Below are positions 40,986 through 51,960 of a stretch of 64,000 nucleotides of DNA, piece by piece (position 1 is the first letter of the stretch; each line of letters starts with the position of its first letter). Position numbers and translations under genes: made by a program. This DNA is from Trypanosoma brucei (taxonomy: Eukaryota). The stretch covers positions 3,360,001 through 3,424,000 of the forward strand of contig CH464491.1 of the NCBI GenBank assembly GCA_000002445.1, read 5' to 3'. The notes under the pieces are model-generated. The model was not told the origin of the DNA. It was given only the letters and a program-made list of their open reading frames with translations, and ran no database searches.

Positions 40986-41870
40986 TACAACTAGCGGCAA
41001 TTATGCGGCAACAAACAAAACACAGCTCACCCTCCGTGTCACCAGCACGCTGTCCCCGCAGGCTTTCTTCAAACGGGAAAAATAGCGGAATGTCAAAAGG
41101 GGCAGACACTGCAGCAGTGCGTTACAACTAGGCGCTGGCTGTTGCTAACTCGGAACTCAGTAACCAAGGGAACCCTACGCAGTGCTAAGCAATCAGTAAA
41201 GCGCAATTACTAGAAAAACTGAGCAAATAACCGCAAAAGACGTAAGGTAAGATAAAAATGGGGAAACCTAGTATTTCTGTCTGTGCATTTACCAGTTTCG
41301 TTATCGAACTGACCGGGCACGTAGAGCCTGGCTTGGAGATGGGGTAATAAAAGGAAAACATCTCACTCATAATATAGAGATTGTTTCACTGTTCTCACCC
41401 CCAATCCTCCATGCCCGTCCGCAAGATGAAGGAATCCAGAAAGAAAAAAAAAAACATATACAAAAGGGGTGTTGGAAACCAGAGTGACAACCCTCATTGC
41501 TCCGGAAAACACCGATGCACAATTAATCGGCAACCAAATGGCGATATCACCGTTCACACACACGCATACACACAAACATAACCCGCTCCCATCACGTTGG
41601 ACACCAGCACCACCGCTTACGTGCGATAGACAGCTAATGCACAGAAGCTCCTCCGAGGGCGCCAACCCAACTTGACGCAGCCCACGAGCTCCCAACCAAC
41701 ACCGTCAGTGATAATTCACACGTGTCGCTCGAACGCCACCATCAAATTTCGGTGCTGATGCAGAACAAAAGAATGGGATCCTTACCGCAACAGATTGAAC
41801 GCTAGCAAAAAGTCCTCCGCGCGCGGACCCCGCCTCTTTGTCTTACCGCTCGTCTCATAACTAAAAGCAA

Positions 41871-43163
41871 CTACAAGTCGTTCATGCTATGCGGGTCCGC
41901 ACCAGCATCAAGCACAATCTCGCCCACCTTTTCATCAAGGTGGAAGCGCGCCCACACCCTCCGATCATGGCCGTGCTCGTCAAAATACTTCAATAACAGT
42001 GACAGCAAGCTGTCCTCCACAGCTCGACGCAGTGCGTGACCATTTTCACGTCCCTCCCATACCTCGCGATACCTTTCTACAAGGAATGATACAGCAACAT
42101 CATCAATGCTACTCGCAACGACGCCTCCGCCGTATGCATTTGGGCCCGCGAATCCATAGCGATACGCGGTGCACGGAAGAGTTATCACAGTAGTCCGCAC
42201 CATTTCCTCTGCTGAGCGCTTCGAAAACGCCGCAAACGCCAGTGTCCGCACGAATGCAGGCACAAAGGAGCCATACAGAGAATTGAACTCCATCCGCACC
42301 ATCTTCTCAACCTCCACCACGCTTTTCCCAAATGTGCGACCTTGCTTCCCAAAGTCTGTTGTGACTATCACAGTGAGTTCTTTAAGTGATGGTAAGTCGG
42401 CGGCCTGCCCCTCGAAGCGGTCCGCACGACCAAACAGCGGCGCGAGCAGCGCAACAAGCGAAGGGTGCATGGCGTTAAGGTCGTCCAGCAGCACGATACC
42501 GTGAGGGTACTTGCGCTGGTGCTCAGTGATTTTCCTTACCAAGAGGTTCAAACCATCCCTTCCCTCCAGGCCACCAAAGCCAGTACCGGATATGACGAGC
42601 ATATTGTCACCAGAGTCACACTGCCGCCCACGCGAGTTCGCACAGCGCAGCGATGTGGCCAATGACAGTAACCGAGCAGTATGGGTCTTACCGACGCCGT
42701 TATCGCCAGCAAAGTGGAGAACGAGAGGCTCATGTGGGTACGAAAGCTTCTTGCGCATTAGGGAAGCAATAGCTTCGGTTAGATGCCCCTGGCCCACTAG
42801 GCGGGTGCGCAGAAGCTCTTCCACGTTGCTTATCGCAAGACGGCGCGCCTTGTCATCAGTTGCGAAGGGCAACTCCCGTGACACCAATCTGGAAGGAAGC
42901 TTGGACATCCAACAATAAAGTTGGCTGCTGCTCAACCACTTGTACCTCGAGCAGACGGGAGCCGGGGGACAGGTCGGCTCACTGGTGTCCGCTACAACCT
43001 CATCCACCGTACTTCGTACGTCAGCCCCTGCTACGGAGGGTTCTACCGCGGTTAGAAGCACGCATAGGAACAGAATCACAAAGAGGGAAACGGAAGAGTG
43101 TCTATCATCCCCCTCAACACCAACGACAGAAGAAGAGCCAAACGGGTATCCCGAATGGGGCAT
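41871..43163 (-). CDS. Torsin-like AAA+ ATPase with N-terminal signal/anchor sequence (~430 aa)
   Basis: The ATG is at 43163 (the track start is a GTG). There is an N-terminal hydrophobic segment LFVILFLCVLLTAVEPSVAGA. LVGQGHLTEAIASLMRKKL...PLVLHFAGDNGVGKTHTARLL aligns with the torsin segment LFGQHLAKKII...[21 protein letters not shown]. The Walker-B region IVLLDDLNAMHPSLVALLAPLFG resembles [23 protein letters not shown]. The torsinA reference sequence is quoted from memory. Confidence 0.6.
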   Translation of the reverse strand: MPHSGYPFGSSSVVGVEGDDRHSSVSLFVILFLCVLLTAVEPSVAGADVRSTVDEVVADTSEPTCPPAPVCSRYKWLSSSQLYCWMSKLPSRLVSRELPFATDDKARRLAISNVEELLRTRLVGQGHLTEAIASLMRKKLSYPHEPLVLHFAGDNGVGKTHTARLLSLATSLRCANSRGRQCDSGDNMLVISGTGFGGLEGRDGLNLLVRKITEHQRKYPHGIVLLDDLNAMHPSLVALLAPLFGRADRFEGQAADLPSLKELTVIVTTDFGKQGRTFGKSVVEVEKMVRMEFNSLYGSFVPAFVRTLAFAAFSKRSAEEMVRTTVITLPCTAYRYGFAGPNAYGGGVVASSIDDVAVSFLVERYREVWEGRENGHALRRAVEDSLLSLLLKYFDEHGHDRRVWARFHLDEKVGEIVLDAGADPHSMNDL

Positions 43164-43680
43164 CGAATAGTGGATAACACTGCACACCTTGAAGCTGATT
43201 TATGTGTGACTATGCGGGGAGGAGGGGTGAATTCTTCTCCACGCTCGCTTGACAGACACCCTCCTGATTTCAGTTGCTGATATCCCACGCCCAGCAGTAG
43301 TGGACTAATATCCACCCCTCTCCCTGCACCCTTAAGCAGCTCCACGGGCGCTTGGGGAACCGACCAATATTCTCTCTGTGAGTTAAATATATGTATCTAA
43401 ATTCTATTTGAACACACACGCAGCTTGTGTTCCACCTATTCCAGACACAGACGCGTGGCGCAAGTCGATAGGGCAAGCGGAGAAAATGTTACGAACGTCA
43501 TCAAAAGAAGCAACAGTGCACCACGTCCTGCGCCAACCAGACCCGCATGACACACAAAAAAACAACACCAGGACGAAGTAACGCACAATCACGCCGTGTA
43601 TTTGCGCGAAAAAAAATACGTAAGACCACGCCCGCCCGCCTTCCTGCACAGTATGGCCTTTTCTTTCCATCCGATCACTT

Positions 43681-45942
43681 TTATTTAGGTGGCCCTCGAG
43701 GTGGCCCAAAATCATCACCACCCGGGTGTGGATTTTGCTCCATGTTAGCCACCACCCTCGACGTGATGCCACCCACGTCGTTCCACACACCGCTCTCCGC
43801 CGCTCGAGTACCAAACTTCGCGCGCCCACCTTTCCTCCGTGCAAGAAGACCTCGCCGGAACCACACAGCTTTCCATGTGATAGCGTCCATTACACGCTGC
43901 TGCTGCCGTGGTGGGACACCGCCGTGCACACCAGTGGTCTGTGGATGGAAAAGAGGCCTCCAAGTGGCGTTATGTCGTAGATATGTTCGTTCCAAGTGCG
44001 CAGGAATCGTCTTCTGGGTTATAAGCGATACGTAGGACCGTGCAATAGCGTTCAGCTTGTGCGTGCGCCACTCAGCGTAGCGTGGCTCCATCATGTGTCG
44101 CTTCCAGTTACTAATGCCCTCTAATGGGAGCTGCTTTTGAAGAAAAGCGCGCACGGCAGACACAATGACTCCTTGTCGTTTGGTGTAAAGACTGTATACC
44201 TGGCCCAGACGACCTTGCCGTGCGGTGCGGCCCGCACGGCTGAGGTAAGTGAGTGCGTTCGTGGGCATGTCGAAGTTTACAACGAAGTCCACATGCAGAT
44301 CAAGGCCTCGCGCAGCAACATCGGTGGAGCACAAGATGTTGGTGCGTCCGGAAGCAAAGTCGGCGAACATGCGTCGCCGCACAGCTGCCGGCAGGGCGGC
44401 GTGTAGCAATGAGCATGTGTAACCGCAGCCGCGCAGCCGGTGATACACTGCAGTTGCACAATCAATACCACGTGTAAAAATAATACAGCGTTTGCCGTCG
44501 GCAAATACGGTGCGCGGCACGTGACACGTGAACGGGGCCGCAACAGTTGTGAGGTGCTCCCAGTGCACTGGGCGTACCCCTTCCAGGGCGTGGCGGACCC
44601 TCTCCTTCATTTCATCTGCATTATCACCTTTCGCACCGAAGCCGGATCGGTTTTCCTCTACTTTGTAGTTGCTGACATCACCAGAAGTGGAAGAAAGGGT
44701 GGCAATTGGTGTCTCACCTTCGTGATCATGCCTCTCCATCCGAGGCCGCCTCCGCAAATGAAGACCCCGTAGCTCCACGAGCTCCTCGAATGACCCCGAC
44801 AAATAGTGCAGCTTCGAGTAAGCCTGCTCTTCCTCAATATCTGTAAGTATTTCCCGAGGTCGGTTGCCGTGTTTTTTGAGTAGGTGCTGCAACGTGTCCA
44901 TCTTCTCTTGTTCACGTTCCACCGGCAGAAAACGGTGGCGCAGGGTGCCCGGTGGTCTGTGCATGCGTTGGCGACGTATGCACGTGACTGCATCAGGGTA
45001 CTTCTTCCCAACAACAAACTCCAGCTTCCTAGTTATGAAAGCGGTCGCGAATACCGTTTGGGTCTGTACCGGCCACAAGTGTTTAAACATTACACGCTTC
45101 TGCACCTTCATCAGAAGATGCACGGCATCATGATCGTGCTGCGAGGATAGCATGCCGTCTGCCTCGTCCACCGCAACATAACGCAGATCATCCAGAAAGA
45201 CACGTCTCGCCCGGATGAGACGGAGAACTATCTTTGGGTCCATAATCATAACATCCACAAGCTGTTGCTTGAGCAACCGACTTAAACGGTGATTGGCACG
45301 CTTGCGGGAGGTGAAGGAAATCGCGTGAAGTCCTGTGGCTTCCCCCAGCACGGAGCACACGTGGTGTAGCTGCGCAATAAGTTCGCGGGTTGGTGCTAAT
45401 AGAATCATGCGAGGTCGGCGCTCACGCAGTGGTATCTTGTACACATCCCTGTCCTTTATCATGTTCTGATAAAGAGGGAGGAGATACGCCAGAGTTTTCC
45501 CCTCGCCGTGCGGGGCGGCAACAACAGTATCTTTGCGCTGCATTATCACCTCGACAGCAGACTGCTGAATGGGCGAAGGTGTTGTAATGCGCAGTTGCCG
45601 GAGGGCGCTGCGCAGTTCAGGGTAGAGTGACATGTCCTCAAAGCTCGTGACAGTTTTTGTCTTGATATTCTTGCTCAACAGTGGCGAATTATGCGTGCTG
45701 GAGGGTGAAAGGCTCTGCAGCACAACATCACTGACGAGGTGATTTGAGCGCTCACCAACGGAACGACTGAACGTCCCTCCGTACGCCTTCAGCTGCTGAG
45801 GAACGATAATACCGCGGGATGTAGTAAGGAGCACACCACTGCAGTTCAACAACGTTGTCAGTGCGACGGAGCGCACAAAACTGCGCCGCGCCCGCGTCCA
45901 GTGAGCGGTAGGGTGCAGTAAAACTATGTTGCGTCGTCCCAT
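43681..45942 (-). CDS. DEAD-box ATP-dependent RNA helicase (753 aa), probably mitochondrial
   Basis: The ATG is at 45942. A Q-motif region (FEDMSL...TPSPIQ) is followed by Walker A AAPHGEGKT, a DEAD box (VAVDEADGML) and motif VI LSRAGRTARQGR. The Arg-rich N-terminus (MGRRNIVLLHPTAHWTRARRSF) looks like a mitochondrial presequence. Confidence 0.8.
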   Translation of the reverse strand: MGRRNIVLLHPTAHWTRARRSFVRSVALTTLLNCSGVLLTTSRGIIVPQQLKAYGGTFSRSVGERSNHLVSDVVLQSLSPSSTHNSPLLSKNIKTKTVTSFEDMSLYPELRSALRQLRITTPSPIQQSAVEVIMQRKDTVVAAPHGEGKTLAYLLPLYQNMIKDRDVYKIPLRERRPRMILLAPTRELIAQLHHVCSVLGEATGLHAISFTSRKRANHRLSRLLKQQLVDVMIMDPKIVLRLIRARRVFLDDLRYVAVDEADGMLSSQHDHDAVHLLMKVQKRVMFKHLWPVQTQTVFATAFITRKLEFVVGKKYPDAVTCIRRQRMHRPPGTLRHRFLPVEREQEKMDTLQHLLKKHGNRPREILTDIEEEQAYSKLHYLSGSFEELVELRGLHLRRRPRMERHDHEGETPIATLSSTSGDVSNYKVEENRSGFGAKGDNADEMKERVRHALEGVRPVHWEHLTTVAAPFTCHVPRTVFADGKRCIIFTRGIDCATAVYHRLRGCGYTCSLLHAALPAAVRRRMFADFASGRTNILCSTDVAARGLDLHVDFVVNFDMPTNALTYLSRAGRTARQGRLGQVYSLYTKRQGVIVSAVRAFLQKQLPLEGISNWKRHMMEPRYAEWRTHKLNAIARSYVSLITQKTIPAHLERTYLRHNATWRPLFHPQTTGVHGGVPPRQQQRVMDAITWKAVWFRRGLLARRKGGRAKFGTRAAESGVWNDVGGITSRVVANMEQNPHPGGDDFGPPRGPPK

Positions 45943-46475
45943 TTCCTCGAGCTAACTAGTCACCGCAACGGTACCTGATCTTCCTGTTCGCCCCTCTCCG
46001 TTGCACCCCCGAGCACCGGCAACAGAAAAATAAACAGCAGAACGATAAAAAAAAAAAAGAAAACAATGATCATCATTATTAGTCATCAAGGCAAACCGGC
46101 GCAGATGTTACACTGATTCACAAAGTGAGGGCTCGCTGAGGGGGTCGTGTTGGTTTTCGGCGCCGCTGGCAACGGTTATTTACCTTATAATACTTAGGTG
46201 AGGGAGTGGTAAGCGAAAGCATGACACAAATGTGCATAAATTTTCCTCTGTCTTTTTTGTTTTGTCCAATCAAATAAGCTGTTATTTATCCTTTCTCCAT
46301 CGGGATACAAACTTCGCGTCCATCCGAAAAGTTTGTAGCGACATCACTACATAAGACCCCACCCGCCCTCTTTAATCGATAGCAGTCGGAAAATTTTTTA
46401 TCGGTAACGAAGGGCTAAACGACTGAAGGGCGGGTAAACGATTTCCACCCACGGGGTCAAGAAGCGTGAACCGCG

Positions 46476-47660
46476 TCACACAGCCACGAGTGCCTTTGTG
46501 GCCATCTGCAACGCTCCTTCATAGGTTTTGTTTCCACCGATAAACCCAGACACATGGACAAAAACGCATCCCTCCACACCACTAGCCTCGCTCAGATCGG
46601 CATCCCGAATTCCTTTCCAAGGCAACGGCTTGCGACTTTCAAAACTCACAGCGTCCTTCGGTACCGCCTGCACGCGCCAGCCACTTTTATCAGAAAATAG
46701 AACGTAGAGCACGTGACCAACCTTCCCGTGCTCGGCTTCGATCTCCAAGAGGTGGTCCTTCCACGGGCAGAAGCGCTCCTTCAGGACTATAATGCGGCCA
46801 CTCGGGTGCACGCTCTCAGCGGCGTGGAAAGCGTCCTCAACAAGGCCACGGGCAGGCATCCATGAGAACGTAAAGAAATGAACAGCGGCCACAAACTCGG
46901 AGAGAGCCAACTCCACCGCTTGCAAGAAAGCGGTGTTCTCGCTCTCGGGATTGCCGTCACCACCTTCATTCCACCAAGGCATTAGCCGCCCAATTCGATC
47001 TGATAGAGTCGTCGTGACAGCGTAATTACGAACGCACGAAGCAGACTGGGCATCAGCAGAGCATCCACTTGCGGTAACTGTCTCTGTCGCGGGTCCGAAG
47101 GAGTTAACACCGTTATCTATTCCGTCGATGTGTTCCACAAAGTTTTTATATACAATGTCAAAAACAGTGTCGAGTTCAGCCTCACTCAAGTTTTTCCTAC
47201 TCTCAGACCAGCTTCCCATCTTCAGGAGTTCTGCACGGTACGAAGAAGAAAGCGCCGCCTCAACATAGCGCTGGATTATCTCGCGTCCGAAGTGCTTATA
47301 GACAAGGCCAGCAGAGGACAAACGCGTTCGGTACATGGATTTCGGGGTTTTCATCGTGTCATGGAAGGTCGGCTGATGGTGGTCAAAGCGTAGCGCATCC
47401 GCGTCATACACACCTCCGACATCCACCACAATACTGCACCGGTCCAAAGTCTTAGCATCACGCGTACGTAAAACATTTGCCGCACGGAACTGTCCACTAC
47501 AACGTAGCATCCCACAAGCTAGGGCTTCATCACAGTGGAAAGAACCGTTATGCGTGCCGATCACAGGAAAGGAGCTCGTGTCTACATCCGCCAAAGACGG
47601 AAGTACACGAAGCCCGGAGAGTTGCCTCACAACAAACTCAGCCATATGCCCCCGAGACAT
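46476..47660 (-). CDS. MYG1/UPF0160-family metal-dependent hydrolase (exonuclease), 394 aa
   Basis: The ATG is at 47660. The hallmark segment IGTHNGSFHCDEALACGMLR...IVVDVGG...FDHHQ matches the MYG1 family. Confidence 0.85.
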   Translation of the reverse strand: MSRGHMAEFVVRQLSGLRVLPSLADVDTSSFPVIGTHNGSFHCDEALACGMLRCSGQFRAANVLRTRDAKTLDRCSIVVDVGGVYDADALRFDHHQPTFHDTMKTPKSMYRTRLSSAGLVYKHFGREIIQRYVEAALSSSYRAELLKMGSWSESRKNLSEAELDTVFDIVYKNFVEHIDGIDNGVNSFGPATETVTASGCSADAQSASCVRNYAVTTTLSDRIGRLMPWWNEGGDGNPESENTAFLQAVELALSEFVAAVHFFTFSWMPARGLVEDAFHAAESVHPSGRIIVLKERFCPWKDHLLEIEAEHGKVGHVLYVLFSDKSGWRVQAVPKDAVSFESRKPLPWKGIRDADLSEASGVEGCVFVHVSGFIGGNKTYEGALQMATKALVAV

Positions 47661-48047
47661 CCTTTCCTCCGCGTCCCTACTTTTGGTTATCGTATTCCCC
47701 TTCTCTCGGAAACCTTCGCGAAAGAACTTAAACTCCCTGTGTGGGATATGCAGCTGCTATCGGTGGGACGGCGCTACGTCATGGACAATATAACAACAGT
47801 CGAAGGGAGAGAAATGAAAAGAACAAGAAGTAACCATACAATGCAACTGGTCAACTTCGACAAAAAAGAAAGGCTTAGGTTGGGCTAAAGGTATGCCCAG
47901 TAAACTGAGTTGCACGCTCCCAACTTACGACAACCAAGTAGATTGACCACGCCAAGCACAACCTGTCACTCGCCAGACCAAACGCGAGGGCTTGAACACA
48001 TTTCCATGTGTACGGCAACCGACACGCACGCGAATTCCGATCCCCTT

Positions 48048-48698
48048 TTAAAAGAAAGCTGCCACCACATCCTTGAAGAGTGTCTCGAGTGCCTCCTCCA
48101 CTCCGGCACCCGTGCAGGCACTCGTCTCGAAGTACTTGTAATCATGCTCCTTCGCCCACTGCCGCCCAGTCTCACTACTCACAGCCCGTTTCTTTCTACC
48201 GCCTCCTTCCGACACCTCGTCTATTTTATTTGCGCATACCACAACCTTGCAGGGTACGGACGCATCCACCCGGGCGACGTACGTGTCATTTCCCTTTGTG
48301 TTCACGTGAGCTTCCATCTCCTTCACCCACTGGTTGAGTGCGAAAAAACTTTCGGCGTCGGTTACGTCGTAAACCAACAGCACGCCCTCTGTTGCCCTAT
48401 AGAATTCGTTGCGAATCTCCAGGTACTCCTCGCATCCTGACATGTCCCAGAAGTTCACGCGAGTAGAAATTTTTCCCGATGGTGCTAAATGCGCTGGCAC
48501 CCTTACATCAACGCGCTTTACACCATAGTCGATTCCAATGGTAGGTATGTACTTTGACACAAACCGACCCTCACAGTACTGCTTGATGAGGCAGCTTTTC
48601 CCGACACCAACAGATCCAAGAGAAACAATCTTAATCCGGGGGCCAGACTTATCACCTCCGGTAGTTGGCGAGCCATCGGAAGTGGTATGAGATGGCAT
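48048..48698 (-). CDS. Atypical Rab-like small GTPase (216 aa) with no C-terminal prenylation cysteines
   Basis: The ATG is at 48698. G1 is GSVGVGKS, G3 is WDMSGCE (Q replaced by C), G4 is CANKID and G5 is ETSAC. The C-terminus ...DVVAAFF has no CC/CXC/CAAX. Confidence 0.75.
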   Translation of the reverse strand: MPSHTTSDGSPTTGGDKSGPRIKIVSLGSVGVGKSCLIKQYCEGRFVSKYIPTIGIDYGVKRVDVRVPAHLAPSGKISTRVNFWDMSGCEEYLEIRNEFYRATEGVLLVYDVTDAESFFALNQWVKEMEAHVNTKGNDTYVARVDASVPCKVVVCANKIDEVSEGGGRKKRAVSSETGRQWAKEHDYKYFETSACTGAGVEEALETLFKDVVAAFF

Positions 48699-49407
48699 AA
48701 CGCACGTGAATTGGTAAGCAAAACTAAGTCACACTGCAATGGAAAAAATGTGTCGTTCTCCCGCGGTGTTGTGCCCTCCTCCTCCACCCCCCCCCCACTG
48801 GCGTATGACCTGTGATAGATTGTTATCTCACCTTCCTGTGGTCGGTGTTCGTTGGTGAAAATGGAGTGAGAAAAGAAGTGGTGGACGCCACAACGGAGGC
48901 CTTCCCGCTGGGCTTCCCAACCTTTTCTTTTAGTGCGTTTCCCTTTTTCGCGTTCCCCCGCCGTCCGCAGTATCTTAAAAGTGCTATGCAGAGTTTGAAA
49001 ACAGGGAGGTACAGCAAAATAGTTTCTGAAACAGGGCAGACAGACACCCCTCAGAGCAGTCCAACAAAAGAGAGGAAAAGAGAAGAGGTAGAAACACGGA
49101 GAGGTACGGCGAAATAGCGGTTGGGGTTGGAGTAAGCGTTTCTTTTTCTTTAAAGGTTTATAATGTCTTTCGGTGGACGCTTGCGACGGACTACATACAA
49201 CTTCCAAAACACGGATACTTCCCCTCTGACAGCAATACCCGGAAGAGAAGGGTAATTATCTTTAAAGGGTGTATTATTTCATAAGCTCATCCCCTCTCCC
49301 CGTTCCTCCAAATGATGTGTGCTCCGGCTCCTCAATGACAAGACAGACCAGGTGAAAAAAGAAAAAGAAAACAAACAAACGAACAAACAACACCACCGGC
49401 CTCCCCG

Positions 49408-49686
49408 TTAGGTTCTCGTTTGCCCAATGTATTTGTCAGCAAACCCATCATCCGTGGGTTCCTCCAGGCCCAACTCAAGGGCACGCCATCGCTCCCGCTC
49501 GATATCCTTTGCAATTGATGCGTGCCGCCTACTGCGTTCCGCCTCCTCGCTGTAGTACACACCGGCGTACACAGCAGCTGCGACTAATATGCTCCCAAAG
49601 AAAAGTTGTTTGTCCACACGGCGCCTCCAACCAACCCATTTCAAGGCGGTTTGGTCTCCACTAAAGAGCCGCGAGTAGGAATTCAT
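49408..49686 (-). CDS. Possible small single-TM protein (92 aa) in a 1.7-kb intergenic gap
   Basis: A true ATG start at 49686. One hydrophobic helix LFFGSILVAAAVYAGVYY is followed by a charged tail. No homology recognised. Confidence 0.3.
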   Translation of the reverse strand: MNSYSRLFSGDQTALKWVGWRRRVDKQLFFGSILVAAAVYAGVYYSEEAERSRRHASIAKDIERERWRALELGLEEPTDDGFADKYIGQTRT

Positions 49687-50375
49687 AGACTCTCAATCAC
49701 TGCCACAAAAAATGTTTAAGCGTAGTGTAGCGTAACCGTTTGAGGATGACAGCTTAGCCTATAATCACCCCCGCACTTACATTTAACAGGTAACTTCGAC
49801 CTTACCAATGGAAGAAAGTGAAGGGGGAAAGCAAGGTGTATCACAGACAGCTGCATTTGGCGTGAGCAAGTGGTGCGAGAAGACACGAAAAGAGAGTAAA
49901 AAACAAACTTTTGGTTCAACTTGCTGACTGTAACCCCGATGATAGAATCTGGTCAACTAAGGCAAGCAACGAGAGATAATTGGAAAGTTTACATACACGG
50001 TTTCAGCAAAGGGAATGAGGATGGAAAGGGTTTTTGTCGCTATGAAAAGCAAACCCTTGACAACACATAGGTACATATTACAGCAAACGAGCTACAGACT
50101 GCAATCACACTTGTCACAGCATCACTACGTACAGGGGTATGCGCGTCAGTCACCCTGCCGGAACCGTTCTCTGCCACTCCTTTCCGGCTACGTTGTCCGT
50201 GCGTGCCCTTTGGGAACACTACCTGCAACCGACAGCTTTGACAACGCTACGTAGCATTCACATAGCTCAATTTGCGTGAAGCCATGCGCGAGGGCAAGCA
50301 CATCAAACGAACGCGTGGGCTCCTCACCAGTGTACGGCAGCTATGTGCAACAGACGCCAGTGGGTCACGATGCCT

Positions 50376-51713
50376 TCATTTGTTTGTCACCGCAGCCCGC
50401 TGACCTGCACAACCGGGGACATACGGCAGATGGGCAAACGTTATACGAGACATCTGGCGGTAATATGCAGCATCTCTGTGCCGGGGTAGGCTTTCCTTCA
50501 TGGACCCATCCGCTGCTGCATTCCAACCAAGAGCCGTTTCCGTGAAACGGTCCCACTTGCTGACGGGCAAGTCGCGAAAACGTGACTGTGTTGAGCGTTG
50601 CCGTCGGCTCATCCACTGCAAGAGCTGATCATTTTCGTCAGTGGCGGTTCCAAGGAGAGGCATCACTTCGTTGGATCGACTGTTCCTCGTCACCACGTGC
50701 CCCGGTCCGGCATCCATCCCGCATCTGCGGGCAACCGTCGACAAAGTCTTTAACATGTCGAGTTTATTCGCTGTTCCATCCAGCCCCCCAGGGAGCATTC
50801 GATTAAGGGGAGGTCGAAGTCTCGTGGGGCTGGGTGAACGCGACACCCTGAATCTCGGAGGGTGACTCCCTTGGGTTTGCTGGTAAGGTTCCACTGCTAC
50901 CTCCGATGGTGACATGCATCGTGTCAGAGTGTAGACCGAGTCTTCAGCCTGCGAAGGAGCGGATAACGCGCCTGTCATCGACTCCCGCTGAAGCTTACGA
51001 TAGTCCAACGCTAACTGCTGATAGTGCTTCACCGTTTCGCTTGCCTCTAAGCGATGGGCCTCGACTACCGTCATGGGGCGCGGCGGTTCAGGGTACCGTA
51101 TCGTACATAGTTTTTGTTGCAGAAACGGGTCGTAGCTAACCGGGTCAATAACGTCGAGAAATACACCACCTAACGCCGTTTTCTCCAGCCGATTGCACTC
51201 CGCAACATAACTTTCCATCATCGCTTTTCTCACTTCCGACCGCATCTGAGCACTCTCATCATCGTATAACTGTTCTTCAATGAATTCTTGTATAGGCCGC
51301 AGCAATTCTTCCTCTCGCTGCCGACTAAGCCGCAACAACGCGCGGTGAGTGCGAAAGACTTCCCGCCGCTGGGCAGCACTACACATAGAAACCAGTTCCG
51401 CATGTCGTCGCCCAACCGCGCTCATGCGTTCTCTAAACTCCTTCATTTGCTGTTTCTGTTGTTCTTCAGCTAACTGTCGTTCACGCCGGGTCGCCATCGT
51501 CTGCTCCAAGCGGCGCCTCACTTCATCTAGTTTCATTTGCTCGCGTTGGCGGGCGAGTGCAGCTTCCGCCTCACGTCTCGCCAAGCTCTCCTGCATTTGC
51601 CTCCCCTCATTCTCGATTACGTGGCTCCAATCAGCCGCATTCATTAGCTGCGTGTAAAGCACCGGGTCGTGCACACGGATGCGGTGGCCGGAGCCCTGCT
51701 CTCCGTCCCCCAT
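50376..51713 (-). CDS. Hypothetical charged/coiled-coil protein (~445 aa)
   Basis: The track start is a TTG. The ATG at 51713 gives MGDGEQGSGHRI.... It has an ER-rich coiled-coil segment (EAEAALARQREQMKLDEVRRRLEQ...). Confidence 0.6.
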   Translation of the reverse strand: MGDGEQGSGHRIRVHDPVLYTQLMNAADWSHVIENEGRQMQESLARREAEAALARQREQMKLDEVRRRLEQTMATRRERQLAEEQQKQQMKEFRERMSAVGRRHAELVSMCSAAQRREVFRTHRALLRLSRQREEELLRPIQEFIEEQLYDDESAQMRSEVRKAMMESYVAECNRLEKTALGGVFLDVIDPVSYDPFLQQKLCTIRYPEPPRPMTVVEAHRLEASETVKHYQQLALDYRKLQRESMTGALSAPSQAEDSVYTLTRCMSPSEVAVEPYQQTQGSHPPRFRVSRSPSPTRLRPPLNRMLPGGLDGTANKLDMLKTLSTVARRCGMDAGPGHVVTRNSRSNEVMPLLGTATDENDQLLQWMSRRQRSTQSRFRDLPVSKWDRFTETALGWNAAADGSMKESLPRHRDAAYYRQMSRITFAHLPYVPGCAGQRAAVTNK

Positions 51714-51960
51714 AGGAGCTGAAATAAGTGACCACAGGAAATGTCTACGAAAGAAAAAAACTTTGGATAATTCTTGTAATCTTTGCAACCTTTACTTACC
51801 TCCTTTCGTTCACCTCTGTATGATACAAGACGCAGAAGTAGATGGAAAACGAGGTATTACTGGGGAAAAAAGTTCATAACATAGCAACCAATGTGAGCGT
51901 TTGGTTACGCAAGAAATGGCAGCAATGTTTTTAACCCAAGAAAAGGGTGCAACCGGTAAT

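Noticed and set aside
48518-49207. 229-aa minus-strand ORF overlapping the Rab-like gene start
   Set aside because: It is out of frame with the well-supported GTPase CDS and covers the upstream polypyrimidine-rich UTR. No motifs are present.
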